This document shows positions 51,530-63,660 of a stretch of 64,000 nucleotides of DNA, piece by piece. The notes beneath the pieces are model-generated. The model was not told the origin of the DNA. It searched no databases and worked only from the letters and a program-made list of their open reading frames with translations. A program made the translations under genes and the position numbers. Within the stretch, counting starts at the first letter, position 1; every line of letters begins with the position of its first letter. Source of the stretch: Trichoplax adhaerens (lineage: Eukaryota > Animalia > Placozoa); the NCBI RefSeq assembly GCF_000150275.1, contig NW_002060973.1, positions 186,001 through 250,000 of the forward strand, in the 5' to 3' direction.

Positions 51530-54270
51530 TTTTAGAATTGAATAGTGCCATTGCTAGCCTAGGGGTATAAATCCGTTGAAGCCATTTTGAAATTTCAGTA
51601 AATGTAACAATTAGTTCTTTATTTACGATTAAAGTAAACTGCAGGGATCTTTGTTTTTATCATCTATTTCTTTATTCACCTTTGCTATTACAGTACAGAA
51701 GTATTCAATGTAATAATTTCTTAGAGTTATGTCTGCGAAACTATCTTCCAAAATAACTAATCGTATTAAAATCGCACTTAAATCAATATTAAGTAAAAGT
51801 ACAGATAAGTCTGTCTTTTTCGCATAGGATATCTATCAATCTTGAGATTTTTGCCCTCTTGATAGCTTAAAATTTGTTATCCAATTACTGTAATTCTGTT
51901 ATAACTGCATCGTCGATTAGGGCTAATTCGCTATAATTATGGAGATTAAGACATTACCCACCTTAATAGTATTTATTTCTCAATTGTATTTATTGCTCGA
52001 GCTCATAGAGGTGTTAGAGTGTGCCTATAAATGTTTAAGATAGGTTGGATTTTGAATTAAGAAAAATCAAATCATAGTTAAATGAAATTGATCATACTTT
52101 TGTTCTATACTAGATTTCTATGGTATGAATTCAGAATGATTTGAATAGTGTCGCATAGTACGCAAATTTAGCTTAAGATCAAGTAATAAGATTCTACGGG
52201 AATGGTTCAAAGGGTACTTTGGTTGTATGATTATGTGCAAGTATCTTAATGTACTGACAATGGTGGATTGTACTATAGACAGTTTTCAACTAAAGGTAAA
52301 TAGTTCTTGGTCATTTGTTCGATCAATTAATGTAATAAGTAATTTTATTATTGTATAATATATTGGAAATACTTAATGAGTTCTTCGATACCTTAAAAAA
52401 GACAATTTTCATATCATAAGAGGAAATTTATTTCGAACGCCTTCTACTTTCAAATCGTTATCTTCAACCGAAAATAAGAAAGTTTACACGAATTATCATA
52501 TTTAACTGCATCAGAACTTCAATTTAAGGGCAAATGCTTTAGTACATAGTCGATGAGAAAGGGCCATCTCCTTCCGTAATCGCATTAATCCGAAATCGGT
52601 AAGTAATATAACTCTTCAAGCCAGGGATAGTGGCTTCGCTAACATTGACAAAAGTACGCGTTAAAGGGATGGATTTATCGTAAGTCCAGTATGAAACTTA
52701 CATCGGCGGAAATAAATCATGTATGTAAAACTTGAACTTGACTAGGAAACCATGAAAATAGATAGAAAAAATGGCATTAATTTGATGAATGTAAAATTTA
52801 TTGGAGAATCTTGTATATCATAAACTGTTAATAAAGCCGACGATGATTGAGTTGTAGAAGCACCGTTAAGTAAACTGGTCGTGGCTAAACATACAATTGT
52901 ACCTGAATCATGGAGAGTCGCATTGTGATAAATTAAAGTAGTGGTTAAGTCACTGATCTTCATGGACAAGTAGGATAGGACAGGACCAGGAAAATATTAG
53001 TTAGTTTTACGATTGCTTCACCTTGAGAAAGGTTCACTGCTCGAGTCGCCGTTGATAAATTGAAGCTGTTATTAAAAGAACGAGTCGAAAGACTGTTTCA
53101 AATGAACAACTGCTATATCCGTACTCGATGATATGATTAATGATTCAGTAGGTAAGGACAGGGCCAGGGAATCGTTAGTTAGCTTTATTATTGCCTTACC
53201 TCGAGAAAAGCGTACTATTTGACTCATCGTTGACAAATCTAAATTATTAATTAAAGAGCGAGTCGACAGCTCGTTTCAAATAAACTGATACTATATCCGT
53301 ACTAGATGACATGATTAATGGCCGAGAACCGAGGAACCGTTAGTTAGTTTTGCGATTGGTTTAGACTAGGTTTGGTCTAGAGAAACGTATACTGTTCGAT
53401 TCATCGTCAGCAAATTGCAGCTATTTCTAATAATAAAAGAACGAGTCGAAAGCCCGTTCCAAATGATCTACCGCTATGCCCAACCGGATGACATGATTAA
53501 TGATCCAGTAGGTAAGGACCGGATCAGGAAATCGTTGAATAGTTTTACGATTGTTTTACCTCGAGGAAGGCGTACTGTTCGATTCGTTGTTAAAAAATCG
53601 AAATTATAGTTATATATCAAAGATTGAGTAGAAAGCTCGTTTCAAATAAATGGCTACTATATCCATACTGGATGGCATGATTAATGGTCATGTAGGCGAG
53701 GATTACTTGGAGTAGGTAAGGATAGGATCTGGGAATCGTTAGTTAGTTTTATGATTGTCTCACCGCGGGAGAAGCGCACTGTTCGATTCATCGTTGACAA
53801 ATTTAAACTGTTAATAAAAGAACGAATCAAAAGCCAATTCCAAATGAAATACCACTATATCCATACTGAATGGTATGATTTACAGGTGCGAAATTTCTGG
53901 CATCTCCGAGTTTGCTAATATAATGGTAATGTATCAGCGACACCTGATACTAACTTTACTAGCACCAGTGGAGCGATTTTAAGTGTTTGGTCAAGAGAGA
54001 AATGTTTACGCACTGTATTAAAACAGTGATTGCTCTCCTTTGCGAACTCGTATAGTATTTAATAATCAATCTCAAATCTCTCGGTGCTAAGTATGCAGTT
54101 TGTTCATGCTGTATAGATACTGAAGAGACGCTATTTGTTTAAATCTGGTAACTGTTGACCATTTCTCTTCGTCCTTACGGTTGTTTATCCTATTGATTGG
54201 CAGCGTGATATACGTACAATCTTATTATTACGATTAGATCCCAGGCTCTACGATGACAATATTTCTGAAA
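51530..54270 (-). pseudogene. Decayed third L1-family copy (copy C), fragmented and interrupted by a tandem array
   Basis: 52742-52960 encodes an Ig6/FN1 junction (LTTTLIYHNATLHDSGTIVCLATT..SSALLTVYDIQDSPINF). ~52540-52698 encodes VSYWTYDKSIPLTRTFVNVSEATIPGLKSYITYRFRINAITEGDGPFSSTMY*, homologous to exon 2 of A/B. ~51530-51560 encodes ASNGTIQF* (cf. A ASNGAITHY). 53885-54270 has only weak similarity to the 5' part. Confidence 0.8.
52970..53880. repeat. Tandem array, ~180 bp x5, moderately diverged
   Basis: Unit 'taggtaaggac.gg..caggga atcgttagttagttttacgattg...acctcgagaa..gcgtactgttcgattcatcgttgacaaat...ttaataaaagaacgagtcgaaagc..gtttcaaatgaa....ctatatcc.tact.gatgacatgattaatg' starts at ~52970, 53149, ~53325, 53509 and 53713. 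Confidence 0.9.
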
Positions 54271-55138
54271 GAGACTGAAACACAGACTGTTCAATTGAAA
54301 ATTCAAGGGACATCCTATCAAAAGATTATAAAATTATCGTGCAAAAATACAATATCCCTGCAAGTAGACATACTGTATAAGCGTAAATTACAAATAAAGA
54401 TAATGATGGCAAAATAAATTAACATTTGATGTTGTAGTAATATTGTATTCATAGTGTTATAGTCCTTTTTTTGCTTCTTTTAAAGGTGATTAAAGTAATT
54501 ATAAATGCACCTATAGTGATCAATATCCTTTGGAGGATACTAGTCTACTCATGATAATACAGGATAGATATTTCATTAAATAAATTGGATGCACTCTACT
54601 TTAGCAACTGAAAATTTGTGGTAATTTGTCAAAGTATATTCATTTCTAGACTACACATTTCTAACTTGCTTTTGTAAGGTTAATTATTTGTCATTACTTC
54701 AAGATAGTCATGGCTGCATCAACGATTAGGCAGGCCTCTATTAAGCGATCAATATGGACTGTGGAAGTGTACACTGGTGCATAGTACGAGTGAAGGATAT
54801 TTATCAGCGGCTTATAAAATCATATTATACCGCTGAAAATATTGATAAATAACATTTAGTCATGTTAGAGTGAAAAATTACAGCGTAGTGGCCTTAAATA
54901 TGCAAATTTCTTCGATTTTTTTATTTCATGTACAGTATATAACATATATAAATAAGCGCAGATAAATCGATTCCAAGTAATTGTTTAATAATATACAATA
55001 CGAAATACCCTTTATATCAACGATTACAGTTTCGCTAGAATAGAATGAACAGATCGCAATTAATTTTTCAATCTCTAAATACTTCTTATTTAAAAATAAT
55101 AATTATAATGTAGAATATATCATAAAATAAAATCCTTT

Positions 55139-55401
55139 TTATCTTAAAGTAGAGCTAATAACCGAAATAATATCATTCCGATCTATCCGTTGCAAAGCTG
55201 CCGTCAGTTGATCATAGGTATTGGTCTTATTTATACAAGTTTTTCGATACCACTTATCGAGAACTTTCTTTGCTCGATCGAAAATTTGATGCTCTTGACT
55301 TCTGATAACATCAACATCAATGGATGGATCTAAAATTGTAGCTAATCTTGTCCAATCAGTACCAATTTTATCTGCAACTTCGAAAAAGTGTTCCTTGGCA
55401 T
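55139..55401 (-). CDS. Death-domain exon (not in ORF track)
   Basis: After acceptor 'attatag': DAKEHFFEVADKIGTDWTRLATILDPSIDVDVIRSQEHQIFDRAKKVLDKWYRKTCINKTNTYDQLTAALQRIDRNDIISVISSTLR*. It shows the Death-fold hallmarks (V/I)AxxxGxDWxxLA, an LxxW helix and T..L..AL..I.R.DI. Confidence 0.85.
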
Positions 55402-58400
55402 CTATAATATAACATTAATATTGCAAATAAATTGAAATGAAAATAAAGAAACAAGGCATTCCTGATATAGGTGCACTCCTACTCTTTCATGAGGCCCGTC
55501 GTGATTTTAAATGATGGCTTGTCCATACAAGGACGTTGCTACATTTATAGACTGCGAAATATAGCATAAAACCAAATTGAGCTGTCTATGCGTTGAGTAT
55601 GAGGAAGTGGTCGGATACAAAAGCACAATAAAATAAAATACATATGGGTTGGTTGGCTAACTTCATAAGTAATATTGTAAACCATGCAAACATTAAAGTA
55701 CTCCTGCTTTCCAATGCTATTTACGAGATCATATCCTTTTATTAAAGGTAGTGAGTGTATAATGAGAATTAAGAACTAGATATTATTCGTGAGTGTATCT
55801 TTGCTGATGTTTAACAAAATCCAACAATGATTATACTGTATGTACTTGTATATAGGGGGTATAACATTGGTAGTAAGACATTTTTATAGAGCGCTACTTC
55901 ATGATATATATTTTTGTATATATGCAGTTCAGCAGCATTTGCATTAAATATTGCATATTTGGTCCTCGTATTTAGTTAACAAAAACTGGATGCATAGCAG
56001 CAACACCCCTTATACTGCCTATATCTTCCACTCACCGCATGCATTTGCTATTCTTTTCTTTTTACGAGAAGTGCAATCATGTAACGAATTTGATTCAATC
56101 GGCCCTTTACGTTTGTCAAAATGAATGTTATCAGGTGCTTCTGCAAAATAATTATAGACACACTGTATCATCTTGTTTTACTTAAATCACTCAATCAATT
56201 TTTCTACTTATTACCAACCATTAAAATTTTCAATTGCCCCTTTTCCTTTATTGATATCTTTGTTAGTCGATTTATCTTCAGATTCAGATTCATAGTCATT
56301 TAGACTAAGATCTACTAGATAGTATAATGGCAGTTTTATATTATTTATTCCGCTATATTCTTTTAAAGCGTAATTTGCTCGGCTTTGTCGATTCAATCAT
56401 TTTAAAACGTAAATTGACAGGTTAAAAATAATAGTATAGTTGTTACGGTAAGTTTTCTTTTCTAAATTAGTACAATAATTTAAAATCATGTAGCCATCCT
56501 GTTGGTAGGAGAGTTTTAATCAAATAGCGCTACGTTAATGCTAATGCTGCATTTTATTTGAAAAAGAGGCGTTACAACGCAAACAATAAAAGCCATTCGA
56601 AATAATTTATTTTTTTGTCAATGATGTTCTGCAAAGACGCAGATTTGTAGTATTGAGTGATATATTATCGATCTAATAATCGTACGGTTGAACGGATTTA
56701 AAATGATGTCCTATTTTGACAAATTTTTTTCAACATTTTTATCGTAAAACAAAGATAGTAACCTAAAGCTGTCGCTGTTCAATTATATCACCAACTTGCC
56801 CTTAAGCTGCACCATATAGCATTAGCTTAAGCTACTATCCTTTACCTTATATGAACATTATGAATAAAATTCTTGAAATGAATTGAATTGTTCTTTTTAA
56901 TTTAGATGCATTCACGAATTTGGGTCAATAAGTCAGCATACAGGATTATCCTTCAGTATTTAGTGACCTGATTCAATACTGTGTTTAGACTTACCATAAC
57001 GTTGTTTGCTGCTATTATTTTGTTTTCTACTTTGACTTTCTTGTCCATTTTCTATTGCTAATGACCAAAATAAACCGATCAGAATGAGGCAAAATGGATC
57101 AAAAATGGGCTAGAATAGAGTTAAAATATACAAGTCACCTGAAGACGATGTGAAATGGGAGTGAATGACTGGTTGATTGACTATATCTTGTTGCAAAGTT
57201 CGATGGATGATGTTAGCTATTTCTGATCGATTAGTCTCCCTCTCTTTTTCTTGTAATTGATCGCGGCATTGGGTAATTTGTTTTTCATCTTCTGCAATTT
57301 GAGGGTAATTTTCTCCATAGCGATTGCGTAGAATTTTGATAGACTTTTGATAGAATGAAATTGCTTGAGGATAATTCGACTGGTGATGATTGACTACGGC
57401 TTGATTTCGATAGCATTGCGCAGTATTAGGATGATTCTCACCTAATGTTGCTAAGAAAACCGTCAATGACTTCTTATACATCGATAGAGCATCCGTGTAT
57501 TTCTCTTGCCCATGATAAACATGCCCAATGTTACTATAGGTTGTAGCAATATCAGGATGATTGTTAACAAAGTGTGCTTGTTGAATCTTGAGTGCTTTGT
57601 TACACATTGATAGAGCATCATCATATTTGCGTTGATAATCATAAACGCTTGCAATATTGTTATATGTTGTTGCAATGCTTGGATGATTGTTGCCAAATTG
57701 TTCTAGTCGAATATTCAGCGATTTATTTAACGAGGACAGAGCATCATCATGCTTGCCTTGATAATGGTAGATTTGTCCCATGGTGTTATAAGTTATAGCA
57801 ACATCGGGATGATTGTGCTTAAGTTTTACTAATTGAATCTTCAATGATTTGTTCAATATTAATAGAGCCTCATCATACTCACCTTGATGATAATAAATAC
57901 TTGCAATCTTGTTGCGTATTTTTGCAATACTTGGATGATCGTCATCAAGTTGTGCTAGTTGAATTTTGAGTGATTTGTTATACATTGAAAGAGCGTCGTC
58001 ATACTTGCCTTGATGATGATAGATACTAGCCATATTGCTATATGTTGCTGCATTATTTGGATGATCGTCACCAGGTTGTGCTGGCTCAATCTTAAGCGAT
58101 TTGCTCAACATGCTTAGAGCTTCTTCATAGTTGCCTAGATGATTATAGGCACTTGCAATATTGTTATAGATTGTAGCAATATTTGGATGGTTGTCATCAA
58201 GTTGTGCTAGTGCAATTTTTAACGATCCGCTCAATGTTGATAGAGCGTCGTTATACTTGCCTTGATTGATATAGACTTGCCCAATGTTGTTATGTGTTAT
58301 AGCAATACCTGGATGGTTGTCACCAAGTTGAGCTAGTTGAATCTTGAGCGATTTATTATACATTGATATGGCCTCATCATACTTGCCTTGATGATCATTG

Positions 58401-61400
58401 ACAAGCGCTATGTTGTTATATATTGTAGCAGTACTAGGATGATTTTCACCAAGTTGTGCCAGTTGAATAGTCAGCGATTTGTTCAATATTGACAGAGCAT
58501 CATCATACTTGCCTTGATAATCATAAACTTTTCCGATGCTGCTATATGTTAAAGCAACATCAGGATGATTGTCACCAATTTGTACTATTTGAATCTTAAG
58601 CGATTTATTCAATATTGATAGAGCATCATTATACTTGCCTTGATGATAATAGACACTGGCAATGTTGTTATACGTTGTAGCAATATTTGCATGAATGTCA
58701 CCAAGTAGTGTACGTTGAATATTTAGCGATTTATTATACATAGGAAGAGCATCATCATACTTACCTTGACTATAATAGATTTGCCCAATGTTAAAATATA
58801 TCATAGCATTATCAGGATAATTGTCATCAATTGCTGCTGGTCGGTTCTTCTGTGATTTAGTGCACATTGACAAAGCATCATCATACTTGCCTTGATGATG
58901 ATAGACATTTGCAATATTAATATATGTTGTAGCAATACTTGGATGATTGTCACCAAGTTGTTCCAATTGAATCTTCAGCGATTTGTTATACATTGCCAGG
59001 GCCTCATTATACTTGCCTTGATGATTATAGATTAGTCCAATGCTGCCATATGTTGTAGCAACATCGGGATGATTTTCACCAAGTTGTGCTTGTCTAATCT
59101 TGAGCGATTTATTATGCATGGATTGAGCATCATCATACTTGCCTTGATGATCATAGACAACTCCAATGTAGTAATATGTTGCAGCAACACTAGGGTGATT
59201 TTCACCTAGTTTTGTTAGTTCAATATCGAGCGATTTATTCAATATTGAGAGAGCGTCATCATACTTGCCTTGATGACTATAGACTTGTCCGATGTTGCTA
59301 TATGTTATAGCAACATCGGGATGCTTGTCACCAAGTTGTGCTAGCCTTATATTAAGTGATTTATTATACATGGATAGAGCATCCTCATACTTTCCTTGAT
59401 GGATATAGAAGCTTGCAAGGTTGTTATATGTTGTGGCAATACTTGGGCGATTTTCATCAGGTTGTACTGGCTGAATCTTAAGTGATTTATTATACATTGA
59501 TTGAGCGTCATCATACTTGCCTTGATGATCATAGACACTTGCAATATTGCTGTATGTTGCAGCAACATCAGGATGATTATCACTAAGTAGTGGTAGTTGG
59601 ATCTTTAATGATTTATTATACATTGATACAGCATCGTCATAATTGCCTTGACGATCATAGACAAGCGCAATGGCGTTGCATGTTTTAGCAATACTTGGAT
59701 GATTGTCACTAAGTTGTACTTGTTGAATCTTCAGTGATTTATTAAACATTGATAGAGCGTCATGATACTTGCCTTGATGATCATAGACACGTGCAATAGT
59801 GTTATAGGTTGTAGCAATACTTGGATGATTTTCACCAAGTTGTGCTAGTCTAATCTTTAGCGATTTGTTATATATTGATAGAGCATCTTTATAATTGCCT
59901 TGATGATCATAGACACGAGCAATATTATTATATGTAGCAGCAATATCAGGATGGTTGTCACCAAGTTGTGTTTCCTGAATCTTAAGTGATATGTTATGCA
60001 TCGATAGAGCATCATCATATTTACCTTGATGATAATAGACACTTGCGATGCTGGTATATGTTGTAGCAATACTCGGATGATTGTCACCGAATTGGGCTAT
60101 TCGAATATCCAGCGATTTATTCAATGCTGACAGAGCATCTTCATATTTGCCTTGATAATCGTAGATTTGTCCAATGCTGCTATAGGTTTTAGCAACATCA
60201 GGATGATTATCACCAAGTTTTGCTCGTTGAATCTTCAATGATTTGTTTAATATCGATAGAGCATTATCATACTTGCCTTCATGCTGATAGACACTTGCAA
60301 TATTGTTGCGTGTTATTGCAATACTTGGATGGTCGTCATCAAGCTGTGCTTGTTGAATTTTGAGTGATTTGGTCAATATTGAATGAGCTTCATCATATTT
60401 GCCTTGACTACTATAGACTTGTCCAATGTTACTACTTGTTACAGCAACATCGGGATGATCGTCACCAAGTTGTACCTGTTGAGTTGCGAGTGATTTGTTA
60501 TACGTTGATAGAGCATCATCGTACTTGCCTTGATTCCAATAGACACTTGCAATGTTGTTATATGATGCAGCAACATCAGGATGATTGTTACCAAGTTGTG
60601 CTAGTTGAATCTTGAGTGATTTGTTTAATATTAATAGAGCATCCTTATACTTGCCCTGCTGATTATAGATAAGCGCCACATTGTTATTGATTACAGCAAT
60701 ATCAGGATGATCGTCATCAAGATAAGCTTGTATAATCTTCTGCGATTTATGCAATGTTGATAGACTCTTACCATATTTACCTTGATGATAATAGGCACTT
60801 GCAATGTTGTTATATGTTGTAGCAATACTTGGATGATTATCACCAAGTTGTACTAGTTGGATGCTCAGCGATTTATTTAACATTGAAATAGCATCATCAT
60901 ACTTGCTTTGATGATTATAGATTTGTCCAATGCAGTTATATGTTGCAGCAATGTAAGGATGATTATTACCAACTTGTGCTCGTCTAATCTTGAGTGATTT
61001 GTTACACATTGATAGAGCATCATTATACTTGCCTTGATGATGATAGACAGCTGCAATGCTGTTATATGTTATTGCAATACTTGGATGATTGTCACCAAAT
61101 TGTGTTTGTCGAATACTCAGCGATTTATTCAACATTAAGAGAGCATCTTCATACTTGCCTTGATAATGATAGACTTGTCCAATGCTGCTATAAGTTATAG
61201 CAACATCGGGATGATTGTCACCAAGTTGTACTAATTGAATCTTTGATGATTTATCTAATATTAATAGAGCGTCATCATACTTGCCTTGATGATAATAGAC
61301 TTTTCCAATACTGTTATACGTTGTAGCAATGCTTGGATGATTTTCACCAAGTTGCACTTGTTGAATCTGGAGTGATTTGTTATACATTGATAGGGCGTCA

Positions 61401-61870
61401 TTATACATACCTTGATCATCATAGACATTGCCAATATTAAGGTATGACTGACTAATATTGATATCTTCACTTTCTAAGCATTTTAATTTCATTTCAAGCG
61501 ATTTCTTAAAATCATCTAAAGCTCCTTTCAAATCGCCTTGCAATCGTTTATTGCACCCCTGCCTATCTAAGCACTTTGAAATTTTCACTTCGTCTTGTGA
61601 TTGCTCGGCTAGTTTCTCTGCTTTTGAATTCCATTCATCGGCTTCATTCGATTTGTACTGCTTTAAATAGCAATCAGTAATGTCGAGAATAACATCGTAT
61701 TCAAGCTGATGCTTATCATCATTCTTGGATATCGATTGGATTTGAGTAACAGCTTCTTTGTAATAGAATAGCGCTTTTTCATAACTCCCTTCCTGCTGAA
61801 GTGTTAGACCTTTTTTGTAGATAGATTGGATATCGTCGATGACAGTCAATTCAGTTGACTCATTCGCCAT
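55139..61870 (-). CDS. TPR-repeat (42-aa, kinesin-light-chain/nephrocystin-3-like) protein with C-terminal Death domain
   Basis: Exon 61870-57139 carries 3 degenerate TPRs plus 33 x 42-aa repeats; donor TCA G|gtgact. Phase-1 exons follow: 57057-56995 (AIENGQESQSRKQNNSSKQRY), ~56312-56219 (DLSLNDYESESEDK..ENFN), 56140-56036 (EAPDNIHF..RKKKRIANAC) and 55401-55139 (Death domain, stop TAA). The TPR part is certain; the splicing is inferred from splice signals and phase. Confidence 0.85.
57314..61471 (-). repeat. Coding tandem repeat, 126 nt x33 (42-aa TPR units)
   Basis: Consensus DNHP(S/D)(I/V)AxTYxxI(A/G)xVYxxQGKYDDALS(M/I)(Y/L)NKSLKIQLAQLG. The period is exactly 126 nt from 61471 to 57314 with no indels. 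Confidence 0.97.
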
Positions 61871-62625
61871 GTTTCAATACATAACAAGACTGAAGGCATG
61901 GAGTTCGAGAAAAAATTACCAACAATCTACAGTATTCGATGGAGATTACAACTCTATTAACTGTACGAACGATCAACTCGATAGTTCGTTTAAAGTTGTT
62001 TCATTGTCGATATATCATCCGGTAACATCAATCTAACTTATCGCAATATGATCTAGGCAACACTAATACTGAGACAATATAGTTACAATAGTAAAGCATG
62101 ATAATGGAAAGATTATCTATTTTTTTAAGTTTTGTAATCCTAAATTATTCAGTAGTTCCTAGTACACAACATGCACTTAAATAAATAAACAATTTATGAC
62201 GCTGTAGAATAGAAGTCAAGATTTCTTTCTCTATAACCTATTTAAATGCTAACTGCTGCATAAAGTTTGATAAGTCTACGTATTATCCAAGTAGAAAAAT
62301 AATAGTTTTCTTGAAGTGGTAATCGTAAAGATCATGTGTTCATCACATTATCAAAGAACTGCCAAGAGTAATTAATGCTACTGGAGAATTATTATCTAGT
62401 CTTAATTGTACGGTAATTATTATCGTGGAAAACTCGCCTAAGATTATACGAGCGAAAACAACGGAGTAGAGTCGGGCCACTGTAATAAAGTACAACAAAT
62501 AAAAGCACACAAGTTTACAAGATGAAAACAGGATATAAATCTCTGTTCGCCATTTTTATACCAACTTTTCATATTTAAAAAAACATCCATCATTTTCATA
62601 GATTGATAGATCATATAATCTCACA

Positions 62626-62853
62626 AATCCATTTCCATAGAATCGTTAATACCGTCATAGCCGATTAAATCTCGTATTTACTTAACTTTCCCCTTCCCTT
62701 TCCCAGTCTACTTTGGAGACGATAAACTATAGATCATAGAATCGCACGAATCCATTTCCATGGAATCGTTAATGCAAACATAGCCGATTCAATCTCGTAT
62801 TTACTTAACTTTTTCCTTCCCTTTTCTAGCTTACTTTGGGGACGATAAACTAT
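62626..62853. repeat. Tandem duplication, 123-bp period x2, upstream of the TPR-Death gene
   Basis: 'aatccatttccat.gaatcgttaat.....catagccgatt.aatctcgtatttacttaacttt.ccttccctttt...g..tactttgg.gacgataaactata' occurs at 62626 and 62749. Confidence 0.9.
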
Positions 62854-63519
62854 AATACTAACTTGATCCAATCAATTACCAAGTACGTTACTTTAAGCGT
62901 AGTTGAAGGCAATTAGAGATTTGATATGCGTCGGAAAAGATCTTAAGGCTTGATGATAGCAAAGAAGATCATCAGACATCAGCTTCTAGTAGGGCAAATT
63001 AGCTTGAGGCAGTTTATGACTTTGATTAGATAGTATCGATGAACAATTACAGAATTTCTACTATAGAAAGATTTCACGATAAAAAACATTTATAACCGAA
63101 ACTAAAGCGCTGATGACTAATCGAAAAGTTCAAGGGACCTTCTATCGCGAGAACATTTCTGGGTAGTATGAAAATATAGTAGCCCACCATTAAACGCGCC
63201 GAAAAGCATAAATTAAGTAAAGAGTAAAATAGCAATAAATTGCTATTTTATTATAAATTGTGTTCGTTGGGCTTTAATACTTCTCTTGCAAATATTAAAA
63301 GATATTTTAATGCATATGTATGGATAACTTGACATCAAGAACAACCATATCTACGGAATGTCTTTAAATTGCTTTTAATAATTATTTGACATTATTTCGG
63401 ATGATACTCGTCTATTTATTATATTTATTAGCAGCGTGATAGTGTCTAAAAGTTTTTTCGACACCGAGATTGCATCAAAGTCTAACCTTGATTATATGAG
63501 ACGCATCCCACTATACAGG

Positions 63520-63660
63520 ATGGAGCATTTCACTTTAGTAGCTTAAAACTTGTGGTAATTTATCAAAACATGTTTATTTTTATGCTGTTTTTCTCTAACT
63601 TGCGTAAGTCCGTGATACATCATTCCTTCAAAATAGTCACTATTACATCAGCAGCCAAGT
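63520..63660. repeat. Diverged direct copy of 54590-54725
   Basis: Both sites share 'actttag.a.ct.aaaa.ttgtggtaattt.tcaaa..at...tctaacttgc..gtaag...tcatt.cttcaa.atagtca....t.catca.c'. Confidence 0.7.

Noticed and set aside
55484-55551. Additional exon between the linker exon and the Death-domain exon
   Set aside because: The candidate acceptors give in-frame stops in the required phase 1. Direct splicing 56036>55401 is already in frame.
55139-61870. Ankyrin gene next to its L1 ligand (repeats plus C-terminal Death domain)
   Set aside because: The repeats are 42-aa TPRs, not 33-aa ANK repeats, and there are no ZU5/UPA domains.
57110-61870. True kinesin light chain or nephrocystin-3 orthologue
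   Set aside because: There is no N-terminal heptad or NTPase region and far more repeats than either protein has. The similarity is only the generic 42-aa TPR.
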